A DNA stretch of 64,000 bases from Promethearchaeota archaeon (lineage in GTDB: Archaea > Asgardarchaeota > Lokiarchaeia > Sigyniarchaeales > SOKP01). Shown piece after piece: positions 48,754 through 59,486 of this stretch; position 1 is the stretch's first letter; each line of letters starts with the position of its first letter. The DNA lies in the NCBI GenBank assembly GCA_019058295.1, contig JAHPZI010000028.1, forward strand, positions 32,001 through 96,000, written 5' to 3'. The notes under the pieces were generated by a model. It was not told the DNA's origin, made no database searches, and worked only from the letters and a program-made list of their open reading frames with translations. Position numbers and translations under genes: made by a program.

Positions 48754-49272
48754 CTAAGAATCTGGAATATCTCTTTTTTGAGCGTTTAGCTTCTCTTTTG
48801 CATATTTCTTTGCTTGAAGTGCATAAATAAATTTTGGATCAATTTCTAAAGCTTTTTTATAGAATTTTAAAGCTTCTTTTAAATTTTCCTTAACTTCATA
48901 AATTAATCCAATATTATAATAGCAATGCTTATAATCCGGTTTAATTTTAATTGCGTCATTGTAAGCTATCATAGCCTTATTCATATCACCCATATTAAAA
49001 TGAGCGATTCCTATGTTGTATATAGCTCTGTAATTATTAGGATCGATTTCGAGGATTTTGTTAAAATACTTAATAGCCTCTTCGAATTCCATTACAAATT
49101 CATCGCTAAGATAAACTCCACACGATAACAAAACATTAATGAGCTCCGTTCTTATCTCATCAGATTGAGGATTTTTTTTAAATATATCTTCTAATACTTC
49201 TATAGATTCTTCATATCTCTTGTCGTTCTTCAATTTTTTTGCCTTATTTAAAAGATCTTCCGTACTAGTCAA
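48754..49272 (-). CDS. TPR repeat protein
   Basis: AIKYFNKILEIDP, AIYNIGIAH, CYYNIGLIY, KALEIDP. Confidence 0.9.
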   Translation of the reverse strand: MTSTEDLLNKAKKLKNDKRYEESIEVLEDIFKKNPQSDEIRTELINVLLSCGVYLSDEFVMEFEEAIKYFNKILEIDPNNYRAIYNIGIAHFNMGDMNKAMIAYNDAIKIKPDYKHCYYNIGLIYEVKENLKEALKFYKKALEIDPKFIYALQAKKYAKEKLNAQKRDIPDS

Positions 49273-49304
49273 ATAATTTCACTACGTCTGGGCAAAATTG
49301 CTAT

Positions 49305-49754
49305 TCAAGGATTTTCATACCAAATAAAATCGGATTTTTTTATTCCTAATTTTATTAATAAACTACGTAAACTCCCATCAGAATCGGGACATATCACAAA
49401 AAATTTAGTTATTCCATGAGTTGACTCTATATAACCCATTAGTTCTCGTATTATTAATTCTTCTATTCCTTTTTTGAAAGAGTCTTCCTTTCTGGTAAGT
49501 ATTTGATGAATTACAAATCTATCATTGCCAAGATAATCTCTGAATATTGTATACGTGCCCCATCCAACCATTTTTCCATCTTCTTCAGCCAAGATCATTG
49601 AATTTCGATATTCAAGATTCAAGGCTCTCTTATTTAATTCACTTTCGAATTTATTCCAATTAGAGTTAAAATAAGTTTTGTTTACCATAAAATCGTCAAA
49701 AAGTGCCTTTAAGGCATCCTTATCTTTTCTCGGATCATATCGCCTTAATTCCAA
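49305..49754 (-). CDS. GNAT-fold acetyltransferase-like protein
   Basis: ELRRY, ILAEEDGKMVGWG, KKGIEELII, LLIKLGI. SD AGAGGAG precedes the TTG start. Confidence 0.65.
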   Translation of the reverse strand: MELRRYDPRKDKDALKALFDDFMVNKTYFNSNWNKFESELNKRALNLEYRNSMILAEEDGKMVGWGTYTIFRDYLGNDRFVIHQILTRKEDSFKKGIEELIIRELMGYIESTHGITKFFVICPDSDGSLRSLLIKLGIKKSDFIWYENP

Positions 49755-49856
49755 TTTTTAAACTCCTCTTTTCACCGTTTTTTGAAATTATTTAGTATAA
49801 TTATTCCTTAATAAAAATTCTTTTTTATTAGTGAATATAATTAAAAATCGCTGACT

Positions 49857-50387
49857 ATGAGTAAAAAAACATCAGAACTTAAAAAAAGTGAGAAGGAGAA
49901 AATCTCAATCCCGTTTAAATCGTTAAGAAAAGGAGTAGATGTGCCAAAACCATCAAATTTAGGTGATGCTGGGGCAGATGCTCGTATCATTGGCTTTAAA
50001 AAAATTATAAAAAAGGATGGAAAAAAAGAATTAGTTGAAATTGATTCAGAAACCTATACTCTGAAGCCTCTCGAGCGAATAGGATGCCCTTTAGGATTCG
50101 CTACTGCTATTCCTAAGGGATTTTATTTTAAAGTAGTTCCTAGAAGTGGTTTAGCGTTATGGGATGGATTATCCATCATTAATACTCCAGGCACAATTGA
50201 TGCGGGTTATAGAAATGAATGGATGGCTATAGTAGTTAATCTTTCAAATAAAGATGTTGTATTGAAGAGAGGTGAGCGAATTTGCCAAATTATTCTTGGG
50301 AAACTTTATGAGTATGATTTTATTGAAACTGATAAATTGCTAGATTCTGATCGAGGATTAGGTGGTTTTGGTTCTACTGGAAAATGA
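49857..50387 (+). CDS. dut: Trimeric dUTPase
   Basis: GDAGAD, PRSGLA, NTPGTIDAGYR, GERICQ, RGLGGFGSTG. Confidence 0.95.
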   Translation: MSKKTSELKKSEKEKISIPFKSLRKGVDVPKPSNLGDAGADARIIGFKKIIKKDGKKELVEIDSETYTLKPLERIGCPLGFATAIPKGFYFKVVPRSGLALWDGLSIINTPGTIDAGYRNEWMAIVVNLSNKDVVLKRGERICQIILGKLYEYDFIETDKLLDSDRGLGGFGSTGK

Positions 50388-50506
50388 TAATATAAACTTA
50401 TTTCTTAAAGAAAATTAGTCCTATAAAAACAAAAGTTAAATTAATTATATTATCTCTAGACCATTTAATAGAAAATATCTTAAGAAAAAAATTATTTTAA
50501 AATAAC

Positions 50507-51127
50507 ATGCCTAAAAGAATACCATCTATAATAGGAGCAATAGTAATAATCATATCGGTTTTTTTACCCATAATTAGCCTAGATATAACTGACTATCATG
50601 ACTATGATATAATACTTCATTATTGGTTGTCGGGGTTAATGTACTTTTCAGCAAAAGATGGAGATGATAGGGTGAGGCGTTACAGATTTTATCCGAATGT
50701 AATTGGATTTGCATGTATGGTTGCTATAATCGCATTAGCAATAATGACAATCGTCAAATCCGCACGAAAAAAGGATCCAATTTTTATCGTTATTTTTGGA
50801 ATCATAGCGACGGGATTTTTAGTTGGAACAACATTTTTTATGATGGCACTATTAGAATTTGTTATGATAAATGAAGGATTAGGTACTATTTCATCTTCGT
50901 TAATTCCAAGTTATGGATTCTATTGTGGTATAATTGGAGGAATTCTTATTGTAATTGGTGGATTAATCTTGAAGGAACCAGCAAGCCAAATAAAGGAAAC
51001 AAAGCCGAAAACAGTTGTCCAACAAAAACAAGCAGACACAGGAATAAAATTCTGTGAAGATTGCGGCAAAATAATCAGAAGTGGTGATAGATTTTGTATT
51101 GAATGCGGGGCACCTATTAAACAGTAG
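50507..51127 (+). CDS. 4-TM membrane protein with C-terminal zinc ribbon
   Basis: Four TM helices; FCEDCG...FCIECG. Confidence 0.8.
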   Translation: MPKRIPSIIGAIVIIISVFLPIISLDITDYHDYDIILHYWLSGLMYFSAKDGDDRVRRYRFYPNVIGFACMVAIIALAIMTIVKSARKKDPIFIVIFGIIATGFLVGTTFFMMALLEFVMINEGLGTISSSLIPSYGFYCGIIGGILIVIGGLILKEPASQIKETKPKTVVQQKQADTGIKFCEDCGKIIRSGDRFCIECGAPIKQ

Positions 51128-51229
51128 AGATCCAGTAATTTTATTTTATAAAAATAAACTTCAAATTATCTTCTTAATTCCTTGAATTATAAATCATTTA
51201 GAATTATAACATCACTTTAGGCATAAAAG

Positions 51230-52768
51230 TTGACTAAAATAAATAAATTATCAGACCCGGCTGATTTGAGCGAAGATCCCTCAAAAGAACATTTTCTTTA
51301 TAAAATCTTAAATCCACATAGCATATGCGTATTTGGGGCGAATAATAATCTATTAAACACGATGGGATCAATGCAACTGAGAAATATCATTTTTGGTAGA
51401 GGTTTAAATGGAAATATTTACCCTATTCATCCAAGATTAGATAAAGTTCAAGGACTCAAAGCTTACAAAACCGTATTCGAAGTACCAGTAATTCCTGATC
51501 TAGCATTTATCATATTACCTCCGAAAGCTGTTCCACAAGTAATAGAAGAATGTGGTCAAAAAGGAATAAAGAATTTAATAATTACCTCTGGAGGCTTCAG
51601 GGAGATCGGATCTGAAGAAGGGGTTAAATTATCTCAAAAAATAGGCGAGATTGCTCAAAAATATAATATGAGATTTGTAGGTCCTAATTGTTTAGGTGTT
51701 TATAACGGATGGTATGGTTACCCTGAAAAAAAAGAAGCTAACTTTAATACTTTTTGGATTTATCTTCCACATAAAAGAGGTAATATCTCAATTGTGAGTC
51801 AATCGGGAACTGTAGCTGCTCAAACTTCGTGGCATTCAAATGATTTGGGAGTTACAATCGGGAAATCAATTTCCATTGGTAATGAAAAAAATATTGATAT
51901 TGTTGATTTTTTAGAATTTTTTAGAGATGATCCTCAAACAGAGGTTATTGGGATATATTTAGAAGAAATTAAGAGAGGAAAAGAATTCATTCGTTTAGCT
52001 CGTGAAATAACTCCCAAGAAACCGATTGTTGCAATATTTGCTGGTGGAACTGAAGCAGCAGATCGATCAGTAATGAGCCATACTGGTTCTTTAGGAGGAA
52101 ATGATAAGATATATGATGCAGTATTTAAAAAGACGGGAATTATTTCTACAAACTCCATAACAGATTTTCTATATTACCTTAGAACTCTATCTTACGCTCA
52201 AATTAATAAGATATTTCCCAAAGGTCGAAGAGTAGGAATCATTACAGAATCTGGTGGCTCAGGCTCGATTATAGCAAAATCAATCGAATTACTTGGATTA
52301 AAAGTTCCAGAATTCTCTGAAGAATTACAAAGCAAAATAGCCGAATATTTACCTCCTACAGGAAGCAAATCCAATCCAGTAGATATCACTTTTTTTAGGA
52401 GTTATTATGATTTTTACGTAAAATTACCAAAATTAATAATTCAATCTGGAGAAGTAGATTGTGTAATTTTCGATGGAGTTTTCGATTTTGAAGAAGTATT
52501 TGAAGTTATGGAAATGAGTGGCTTTCCAATTGATGAAAAAATGAAAGGATCACTAAATGCATTTTTTAGCGGGATTATAAAACCCATAAAAAGATTAACT
52601 CGTAAAAAATCAATTCCATTTTTTTATTGCGGCCCTCAGCTTTACACACATCCTTTGTATCAAACTTTTCTTTCAAATAATCTACCTCTATTCGATTTCT
52701 GGGATCAACCATCTAAATGTATGAAAATTTTATGTGAATATTCAGAATATCGAAGGAAATTTTCTTGA
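51230..52768 (+). CDS. ADP-forming acyl-CoA synthetase alpha subunit (CoA-binding)
   Basis: IYPIHP, PDLAFI, ITSGGFRE, VGPNCLG, SQSGT, SIGNE, phospho-His motif SHTGSL, NPVD. Confidence 0.9.
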   Translation: MTKINKLSDPADLSEDPSKEHFLYKILNPHSICVFGANNNLLNTMGSMQLRNIIFGRGLNGNIYPIHPRLDKVQGLKAYKTVFEVPVIPDLAFIILPPKAVPQVIEECGQKGIKNLIITSGGFREIGSEEGVKLSQKIGEIAQKYNMRFVGPNCLGVYNGWYGYPEKKEANFNTFWIYLPHKRGNISIVSQSGTVAAQTSWHSNDLGVTIGKSISIGNEKNIDIVDFLEFFRDDPQTEVIGIYLEEIKRGKEFIRLAREITPKKPIVAIFAGGTEAADRSVMSHTGSLGGNDKIYDAVFKKTGIISTNSITDFLYYLRTLSYAQINKIFPKGRRVGIITESGGSGSIIAKSIELLGLKVPEFSEELQSKIAEYLPPTGSKSNPVDITFFRSYYDFYVKLPKLIIQSGEVDCVIFDGVFDFEEVFEVMEMSGFPIDEKMKGSLNAFFSGIIKPIKRLTRKKSIPFFYCGPQLYTHPLYQTFLSNNLPLFDFWDQPSKCMKILCEYSEYRRKFS

Positions 52769-52985
52769 TTCTAATTTGAATATTACGAAATTGGTCATAT
52801 TAAAGTGAATTTTTTTTAATGATGTAGAAATAACATCATAAATTAAATATTATTCAAGAGAATAGAACGATCAATGAAGAATTAAATGAAAATATTCACT
52901 AATTATTTATATATAATTTACTGTATTATAATTAGAATCTATAGAAAAAGCGATAATAAAATTAAAAATTAAAAAGGATTTATTC

Positions 52986-53981
52986 TTGCCCGTAGAATTT
53001 TACAACCCGCCGCGCTCATTACTAGCCTCTGGAACTAAAAAAGGAGTGGAACTTGGAGGAGATAAAAGAATTTTAAGTATTGATGTGAGACATAATTTTT
53101 ATACAGAAGGAACAATTTTTACTGAGCTCAGCTGGGCAGAATTTTACCAGGAAGAGGGAATTGAGGATCAAATAGATACATTTACCACTACTGAATTTAA
53201 ATCTGTTAGAGATGATCCAGAAGCGTTAGTTAAAACTATAGTCAATAGCATAAATAATATTATCAATAATAAAAGATTATTTTATGGTATCGTAGATTTT
53301 GAAGTCGATGCTTTTATGAACCAAAACTGTGTCATTCCAGGTCTTAAGTTAGATCTTAATATAATAAATAAGCTGCTGGAAGCTCATAAAAAATCAAGGG
53401 ATGAGGATTTATTTCCAAAAATTATCAGTGATAAAGGAGGATTGAAAAAAATTAATATCGAATTTCAAGGAACTAAGAAAAGAAATCTACAAATTCCTGG
53501 TTCAAAATTAGAAGATATTTCTGATCTATTACGAAGGGCAAAAGGATTTGCTACAGGCATAGTGTGTACTAGTAGAGGGGCAGCAAATCTCTATATTATG
53601 AGCGATAATATCGTTTTTAAAGAGGAAGAACTATCTGAGCTATATATAGATCAGGAAAATATAATGATAATAGAAATGGGAATTCAAAGAAAATTACTAT
53701 TTCCCATCAGTTGGTTCAGAATAGATTTGGGTATCAAATCTTTAGAAACATTAGAAATATGGGATGAAATTAAGGAAAATTCCCTCCTTGCTAAGGCTTT
53801 AAATGATTATGATAATTATATCAGTACTTTGATATATAAAAAGTATAAATCAGTTGCTTCGAGAGAAATTGGTGTTGATCTTGAGAGTGATTTTTACTCT
53901 ATGACTCCCCAAGAAAGAGATAAAGCACTTAAAGATATGGCAGAAGCGATAAGATTTTTAACTAAAAAATACCGTGAGTAA
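52986..53981 (+). CDS. Hypothetical protein
   Basis: 331-aa ORF with TTG start and no recognised motif. Confidence 0.75.
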   Translation: MPVEFYNPPRSLLASGTKKGVELGGDKRILSIDVRHNFYTEGTIFTELSWAEFYQEEGIEDQIDTFTTTEFKSVRDDPEALVKTIVNSINNIINNKRLFYGIVDFEVDAFMNQNCVIPGLKLDLNIINKLLEAHKKSRDEDLFPKIISDKGGLKKINIEFQGTKKRNLQIPGSKLEDISDLLRRAKGFATGIVCTSRGAANLYIMSDNIVFKEEELSELYIDQENIMIIEMGIQRKLLFPISWFRIDLGIKSLETLEIWDEIKENSLLAKALNDYDNYISTLIYKKYKSVASREIGVDLESDFYSMTPQERDKALKDMAEAIRFLTKKYRE

Positions 53982-53983
53982 CC

Positions 53984-54289
53984 CTATTCTTTTAGAATTC
54001 TGGGGGCCTTAAAATATCCATCTTTCTTGTGTTGAGCATTTCTTAAGGCATCCTCTTTAGAAAGGCTTTTCCATGGAATATCTTCTCTGAAAACATTTTT
54101 TAACCCTTCAATTGCGTGTGTAGTAGGTTTGACCTCACTAGTGTCTAAATCATTCAATTTTTTAAAATAAGAAATTATATCCCTTAATTGCTTAGATAAT
54201 TTTTCTTTTTCTTCTTCGGATAAATCTAATAGTGCTAATTTTGATAAATAATCAATAGTTTCCTTCGAAAATTCTTCCTTATCTGTCAT
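53984..54289 (-). CDS. gatC: Asp/Glu-tRNA amidotransferase subunit C
   Basis: YLSKLALLDL, IISYFKKLNDLDT..V.PT.H, NVFRED, GYFKAPRI. Confidence 0.93.
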   Translation of the reverse strand: MTDKEEFSKETIDYLSKLALLDLSEEEKEKLSKQLRDIISYFKKLNDLDTSEVKPTTHAIEGLKNVFREDIPWKSLSKEDALRNAQHKKDGYFKAPRILKE

Positions 54290-54386
54290 TCAAATATCAT
54301 GGATTATTAATTATAATGTAAATAATTAATTTTCATATTTTACTTTATTTATTAGTATAAAAAAGTAACAAGGTTCATTTAATAAA

Positions 54387-54755
54387 ATGAGTGATAATGA
54401 AAATTTATGGTATGAAATCCCCAGTACAGCATGGATCTCTTTAGCAAGGAGAGGGATGGAAAGTATTAGTCTTGCACAATGTTTTTTGAAAAACTGCGAT
54501 AATGAAGATATTGATTTATTAGAACCCTTTAAGAAAGAAGAGTATGAGGATAATAAAAAACATATAAAAAAGATTCATATTAAATGCAAAAAGTGTGGCG
54601 GTATTTTTCAATTGAAATTTGAAACAATAAAAAGAGTAGCCAAACCTACTAAAAAGAATAAAGACGAAGTTGAGGATGATCAGGTATTATCAATAGGATT
54701 AGTTCATGCTTTAGACGAAAAAGGAAATAATTTAGGGCATGTGGGCTATTTTTAA
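54387..54755 (+). CDS. Hypothetical protein, possible zinc ribbon
   Basis: QCFLKNC...CKKCG. Confidence 0.65.
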   Translation: MSDNENLWYEIPSTAWISLARRGMESISLAQCFLKNCDNEDIDLLEPFKKEEYEDNKKHIKKIHIKCKKCGGIFQLKFETIKRVAKPTKKNKDEVEDDQVLSIGLVHALDEKGNNLGHVGYF

Positions 54756-54813
54756 TAATTCAAATTAATTTCTTATTTTAATTCATATATAGAAAAAAAA
54801 AACTATACAAAGA

Positions 54814-55806
54814 ATGACTAAATTAATCATAGATGGACATCGTCATTTAATGTGCCTTAAGGCATATAAAAAAGCCATGAGGCTTAAACTAATTGATCAA
54901 AGTTTTTATGACAAATCTTCGCTCGAAGTTAATTTTGAAAAAGCAAAAGATTGGTTTCGCAAAATGACAGATGTAAATGAGCATATTGCAGATTTAACTT
55001 CTACTGGTATAGATATGGCTATTTTAGAACCATCTCCTATGGAATTTTATTATAATGCAGAACCAGCAATAGGGGCAGAATTATGTCGGATTATAAATGA
55101 AAATACATCTCGATTTATAAACTCTTATCCTGAGCATTTATTGGGACTAGCTACTGTTCCATTACAAGATATTGAATTGGCTATTGAAGAGCTTAATTTT
55201 GCTATTGAAAATCTTAATTTAAATGGTGTAGCTATGGTATCTAACATTAAAGGCCATGGTTTTAATGAAGAAAAATTTATACCTTTCTTTAAGGAGGTAG
55301 AAAGATTAAATCTTCCAATTTTTATCCATCCGACCAATCCTCTTGAATCTAAACATCTCCATGAATATTATCTTATAAATTTCCTTGGCTTTCCATTAGA
55401 AACTACAATATTTGCAGCTCAGTTGGTTTTTAGTGGCATTTTTGACAGATGTCCACATTTAAAAATATGTTTAGCTCATGCTGGTGGAGTATTACCTTTT
55501 TTATTGGGCCGACTTGAGCATGGACAATTAGTACGACCTGAAGCTCAAGAAACCATTAGAAATAATTTTAGCTACTATTTGAAAAATCTTTATGTAGATT
55601 CCATTACATTTCGTCCTGATATACTTCGCTTTGTTATATCTATAATGCCTGAAGGCCACGTTTTTATGGGTACTGATTACCCTTTTGATATGGCAGATAC
55701 GGATCCAGTGAACACAGTAAAGTCTGCGATATCAGATAAAGTTTTAATTAGCGATATTCTAGGTGGGAATATTTCACGACTAATAGGAATTTCTAATAAA
55801 AATTAA
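54814..55806 (+). CDS. Amidohydrolase_2 family, ACMSD-like decarboxylase/hydrolase
   Basis: IIDGHRH, LATVPLQD, IFIHP, GFPLET, LAHAGGVLPF, MGTDYPF. Confidence 0.9.
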   Translation: MTKLIIDGHRHLMCLKAYKKAMRLKLIDQSFYDKSSLEVNFEKAKDWFRKMTDVNEHIADLTSTGIDMAILEPSPMEFYYNAEPAIGAELCRIINENTSRFINSYPEHLLGLATVPLQDIELAIEELNFAIENLNLNGVAMVSNIKGHGFNEEKFIPFFKEVERLNLPIFIHPTNPLESKHLHEYYLINFLGFPLETTIFAAQLVFSGIFDRCPHLKICLAHAGGVLPFLLGRLEHGQLVRPEAQETIRNNFSYYLKNLYVDSITFRPDILRFVISIMPEGHVFMGTDYPFDMADTDPVNTVKSAISDKVLISDILGGNISRLIGISNKN

Positions 55807-55862
55807 TTTAATTCAAGAAAATCAATTTATCTTTCCTTCAAAAATCAGGAATTAGTTAAAAT

Positions 55863-57380
55863 TTACTTCGAAAATGTACATTCATCAATGATGAAGCCCG
55901 TTTCATCAATAGTTGTAAGTCTAAGGCTTGTTCCATCAATTGAAATGCGATTATAATGGTACTTTTCTACGGCAACTAAAGTTCGACCATAATAATTCAA
56001 ATCATTTACATTTTCAGATTGTGAATCGTATACACTTAATTCAATCCCATGTAGATGAGCACCTCCACCTCCCGCGCCACTTACAATATATGTAATATTA
56101 TGAGTTCCAATATCTGATATTGAGTAGCCCATAAGAGTACGCTCATAATGATGGTTATGCCCATTTAAGACAAAATCTACGCCACATTCCATAAAGATGG
56201 GATGCCAATAACGAACTTTATACTCAGGTTCTTCTATATGACCATTTTTAATTCTCATTGAAAACGGTGGTTTATGGAACATTACAAAAATCCAATCATA
56301 TAGCCCACTGGATTTAGCATCAATTAAAGTGCTACGAACCCATCTGACATATTCAGAATCATAATTTTCAGGTGCTGCTAATTCCTGTTGATCATATCCA
56401 ATTACCAAAACAAAAACATTTCCACAGTCAAAATAATAAGAAGTTTCGTCATGATCAGGGCCATCTGTAGGTAATTCATAGAAATTTAAAAAATCTTGAC
56501 CTGTAGCCGGAACTTTATCTTTTGTCCACCAATCGTGATTTCCAGCAACTGGCATATATGGAATACTTTTAGAAATATTCCTAATGATAAAAAAATTATA
56601 ATCCCATTGCTCTAAATGGTTATCATTATAATTATTGGCGATATCGCCTGCTTGAAGAACAAAACGTACATTTTTTTCTTCTTCCATCAATCCAATTATC
56701 TCTGCGTGCTCTCGATCTGGTGATGAGGGATCACCTTCTCTAGAATCACCATAAAATAAAAATGTAAATGGAGTGCGACTTCCTTGCTCAGGGGCAGTTT
56801 TAAATGAGGTGGGTTCATCTAAAAAATCAGGAATACGATAATAATATTTAGTATCTGGTAATAATCCTTTTAATGTTACAGTGTGATGATGATTAGTACC
56901 TCCAACGATTGCTGTTTCTGTTAACTTTGATGGATTTTTTCCCCATTCAAATTTAGGTATTGGGTCTGAAATATAAGTTTCCCATGTAATTGTCATTGTA
57001 GTTGATGGGTCATCAGTCCAAGATAAATATGGTCCATGATCTTTTTGTTGTAAATAATGATAATAATTATTATAATATAGTGCTGCTCCAAATAATGCAA
57101 ATAAGAAGAAGAATCCTAAAATCTTAGTTAATTTAAGGGAGGAATAACTTTTCTTAATCCGAAATGATTTTTTATATCGAATGCCTTCCACAGAACAAAA
57201 GATGCCAAAAATTAGTAATATCGTAAAAAATACCAAAAAAAACAAAAAACTAAATGTAAAATCAATATGTATACCCCAGTATAAACTAAACCATACTAAT
57301 GAAATTATAATGGATATTACTCCTATAAACAAAAATAACCAAGGGAAAATCTTTTTATTTATCACATTTAAAATTCTCAA
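55863..57380 (-). CDS. Membrane-anchored purple acid phosphatase-type metallophosphoesterase (FN3 + catalytic domain)
   Basis: Three N-terminal TM helices; MTITWET, GLLPDTKYYY; YGDS, AGDI, GNHD, FHKP, GHNHHYER. Confidence 0.9.
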   Translation of the reverse strand: MRILNVINKKIFPWLFLFIGVISIIISLVWFSLYWGIHIDFTFSFLFFLVFFTILLIFGIFCSVEGIRYKKSFRIKKSYSSLKLTKILGFFFLFALFGAALYYNNYYHYLQQKDHGPYLSWTDDPSTTMTITWETYISDPIPKFEWGKNPSKLTETAIVGGTNHHHTVTLKGLLPDTKYYYRIPDFLDEPTSFKTAPEQGSRTPFTFLFYGDSREGDPSSPDREHAEIIGLMEEEKNVRFVLQAGDIANNYNDNHLEQWDYNFFIIRNISKSIPYMPVAGNHDWWTKDKVPATGQDFLNFYELPTDGPDHDETSYYFDCGNVFVLVIGYDQQELAAPENYDSEYVRWVRSTLIDAKSSGLYDWIFVMFHKPPFSMRIKNGHIEEPEYKVRYWHPIFMECGVDFVLNGHNHHYERTLMGYSISDIGTHNITYIVSGAGGGGAHLHGIELSVYDSQSENVNDLNYYGRTLVAVEKYHYNRISIDGTSLRLTTIDETGFIIDECTFSK

Positions 57381-57758
57381 TAATTAGTACGTACTATTTA
57401 AAAAAATTTTTTACTCTTTTAAAGTGATAAATAGAGATATTTACTCTTAAATTGTTCCTCTAGAAAATATAAAGATTAATTAATTACAAATTCAAATTTA
57501 TGACAAGTTTTGCAACAAATTAATCTATATCTAATTTATGTCAAAAGTAGAAGATAAATACACCTTCTTTAGATTTTTGAAATGAAATAAGATATTTATA
57601 TCAATAAATAATTCATATCAAATCTTATTTTTCAATAAGAGAATCATTTCTTTATAATTTAAATAAAAAATTATAATGTTTTAGCACTAAGGATAAAAAT
57701 ATATAATTTATTTTCCTATATTTGATTATCAGATTCTATTTTATAAAGATTATATAGC

Positions 57759-59486
57759 ATGTCGACAAAAATTGGAGAGGAAGATGAATTACGGAGAAAA
57801 GTGTGGAGGATTATTAATTTAACTCAGGCAAATCAATTATTTGTTCATTCTAAAAACCTAGAGATTAAATATTTGGATGAAAAAAGTAAAAAAATTAAGA
57901 CTAAAGTATTGCCTGAAATATTATCGTTGTGTGTTTTAAATGCTCTAGTACCAAACTCAGCAATGCTTTTAATTGGGGGTCACGGAGGTGGGAAGACAAC
58001 GATTTCTAAATATCTTGGTCGAATGTTTACAGCCAGTACATTAAATGAGATAGAAAATTCTATAATTAGAGGACATCCCCAATTGACTGAAGAAAAATTA
58101 GTTGGCACGCTTAAATTAGGTAAATTGATGCATGAAGGAGAAGAAGAGGTAGTATGGAGAAAATTTGTCACAGAATTTTGGAAAATAATTGATGAAGTAA
58201 ATAGATTAACGCCTTATGCTCAAGACATATTATTATCTTTACTTGCCGAAGGTTCAGTAAAATATTATGATTCAATATCTAATATCAATAAATATTGCTT
58301 ATATGCAACAATTAATCCTCAAGATGTCGGAACATTTGAACTTTCTGAACCTTTTTTGGACAGATTCGGAATTTCTGTGCCAATTTCTATGCCAGCAAGC
58401 CATGATTTACAATTAATCTTAACAGGGAAAGATGAAAAATATAGTGGTGTGGATGAGCTCATTCAAGTACCAAAAATTTTAACCATTGATGAATTGATGG
58501 AAATTTGGTATTATGTTAATAAAATCTCGTCCGATATTGAAGTAAACAACTATATTCACGCTATTATTCGAGAATTTACCTTATGTGATAGAATAGATAA
58601 AGGAAATACTGAAGATCTTAAGCCAAGCACTGGTCTATGTTCCGGTTGTCATTTTAATACGGCCCAGAATGTATGTAATAAAATTGACTCAATTCTAAGC
58701 GTTAGAGTAGTGAAAGACCTTTTAAGATATTCTAAAGCGTTAGCTTGGTTATTAGGAATAAATCAAATTGATATTAATGTTGTTAATACAATTGCACCAT
58801 ATGTAATCTCACATAGAACCGCATTTGTAAAAAGAGAATTAGAAAAATCTCCCTATTATGGAAATAAATATGAATTCTCAAAAAATTTGTTGAATACCAT
58901 TCAAAAGCGTTTTAAAACTCGTGAAATCTCCTATCAGATTGCTGAAAAATATAGAGAAGGCACTGGTGAAAAAACTGATATAACCGAAATTAAAAAATAT
59001 CAAAAGAACGATTTGATTGTAAAGTACGATCTAATTCCATTTATAAATGAAGTAAATAATAAGGAATACAAAAACCTCGCTCAGCAAATAAAGAATTCTG
59101 CGAAAGGCGGTAAAATAGAGGAAATTGCAGATATTAGAAATACTCTTATGGAAAATATAGACATTCAAAATAGATCCGATTTAATTAATTGGTGCAATAT
59201 TGAACTTTATAAGCAAACCGTAACTGATTATATCTTTCAATATAAATATTGGAAAGATGTTTGGGCTGATATTGTAGCTGAATTTTCAAACTTAGACCAA
59301 CCTTTAAAAGAAGCATTTAAACAAAGGCAGACCAAGCAAATACGCACAGAGGATCTCCTTATAGAGATCAATGTGACTGGAACAGATGACGAATCTTTGG
59401 TAAATATACAAATTTCCGGAGGATCAGAAGCTTTAAAATTGAGAGCGATCTTGGATAAGTTGGAATACCTTCAGAAGGAAGAATAA
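57759..59486 (+). CDS. MoxR/ChlI-like AAA+ ATPase with Cys-rich insert and C-terminal extension
   Basis: GGHGGGKTT, IIDEVNR, ATINP, PFLDRF, LSVR; C...CSGCH...C insert. Confidence 0.85.
   Translation: MSTKIGEEDELRRKVWRIINLTQANQLFVHSKNLEIKYLDEKSKKIKTKVLPEILSLCVLNALVPNSAMLLIGGHGGGKTTISKYLGRMFTASTLNEIENSIIRGHPQLTEEKLVGTLKLGKLMHEGEEEVVWRKFVTEFWKIIDEVNRLTPYAQDILLSLLAEGSVKYYDSISNINKYCLYATINPQDVGTFELSEPFLDRFGISVPISMPASHDLQLILTGKDEKYSGVDELIQVPKILTIDELMEIWYYVNKISSDIEVNNYIHAIIREFTLCDRIDKGNTEDLKPSTGLCSGCHFNTAQNVCNKIDSILSVRVVKDLLRYSKALAWLLGINQIDINVVNTIAPYVISHRTAFVKRELEKSPYYGNKYEFSKNLLNTIQKRFKTREISYQIAEKYREGTGEKTDITEIKKYQKNDLIVKYDLIPFINEVNNKEYKNLAQQIKNSAKGGKIEEIADIRNTLMENIDIQNRSDLINWCNIELYKQTVTDYIFQYKYWKDVWADIVAEFSNLDQPLKEAFKQRQTKQIRTEDLLIEINVTGTDDESLVNIQISGGSEALKLRAILDKLEYLQKEE

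Noticed and set aside
5331-52768. Selenocysteine or pyrrolysine read-through at the stops I checked (TGA at 5333, 49305, 50387, 52768; TAG at 12116)
   Set aside because: In each case another in-frame stop follows within 1-12 codons, and I recognised no SECIS-like element.
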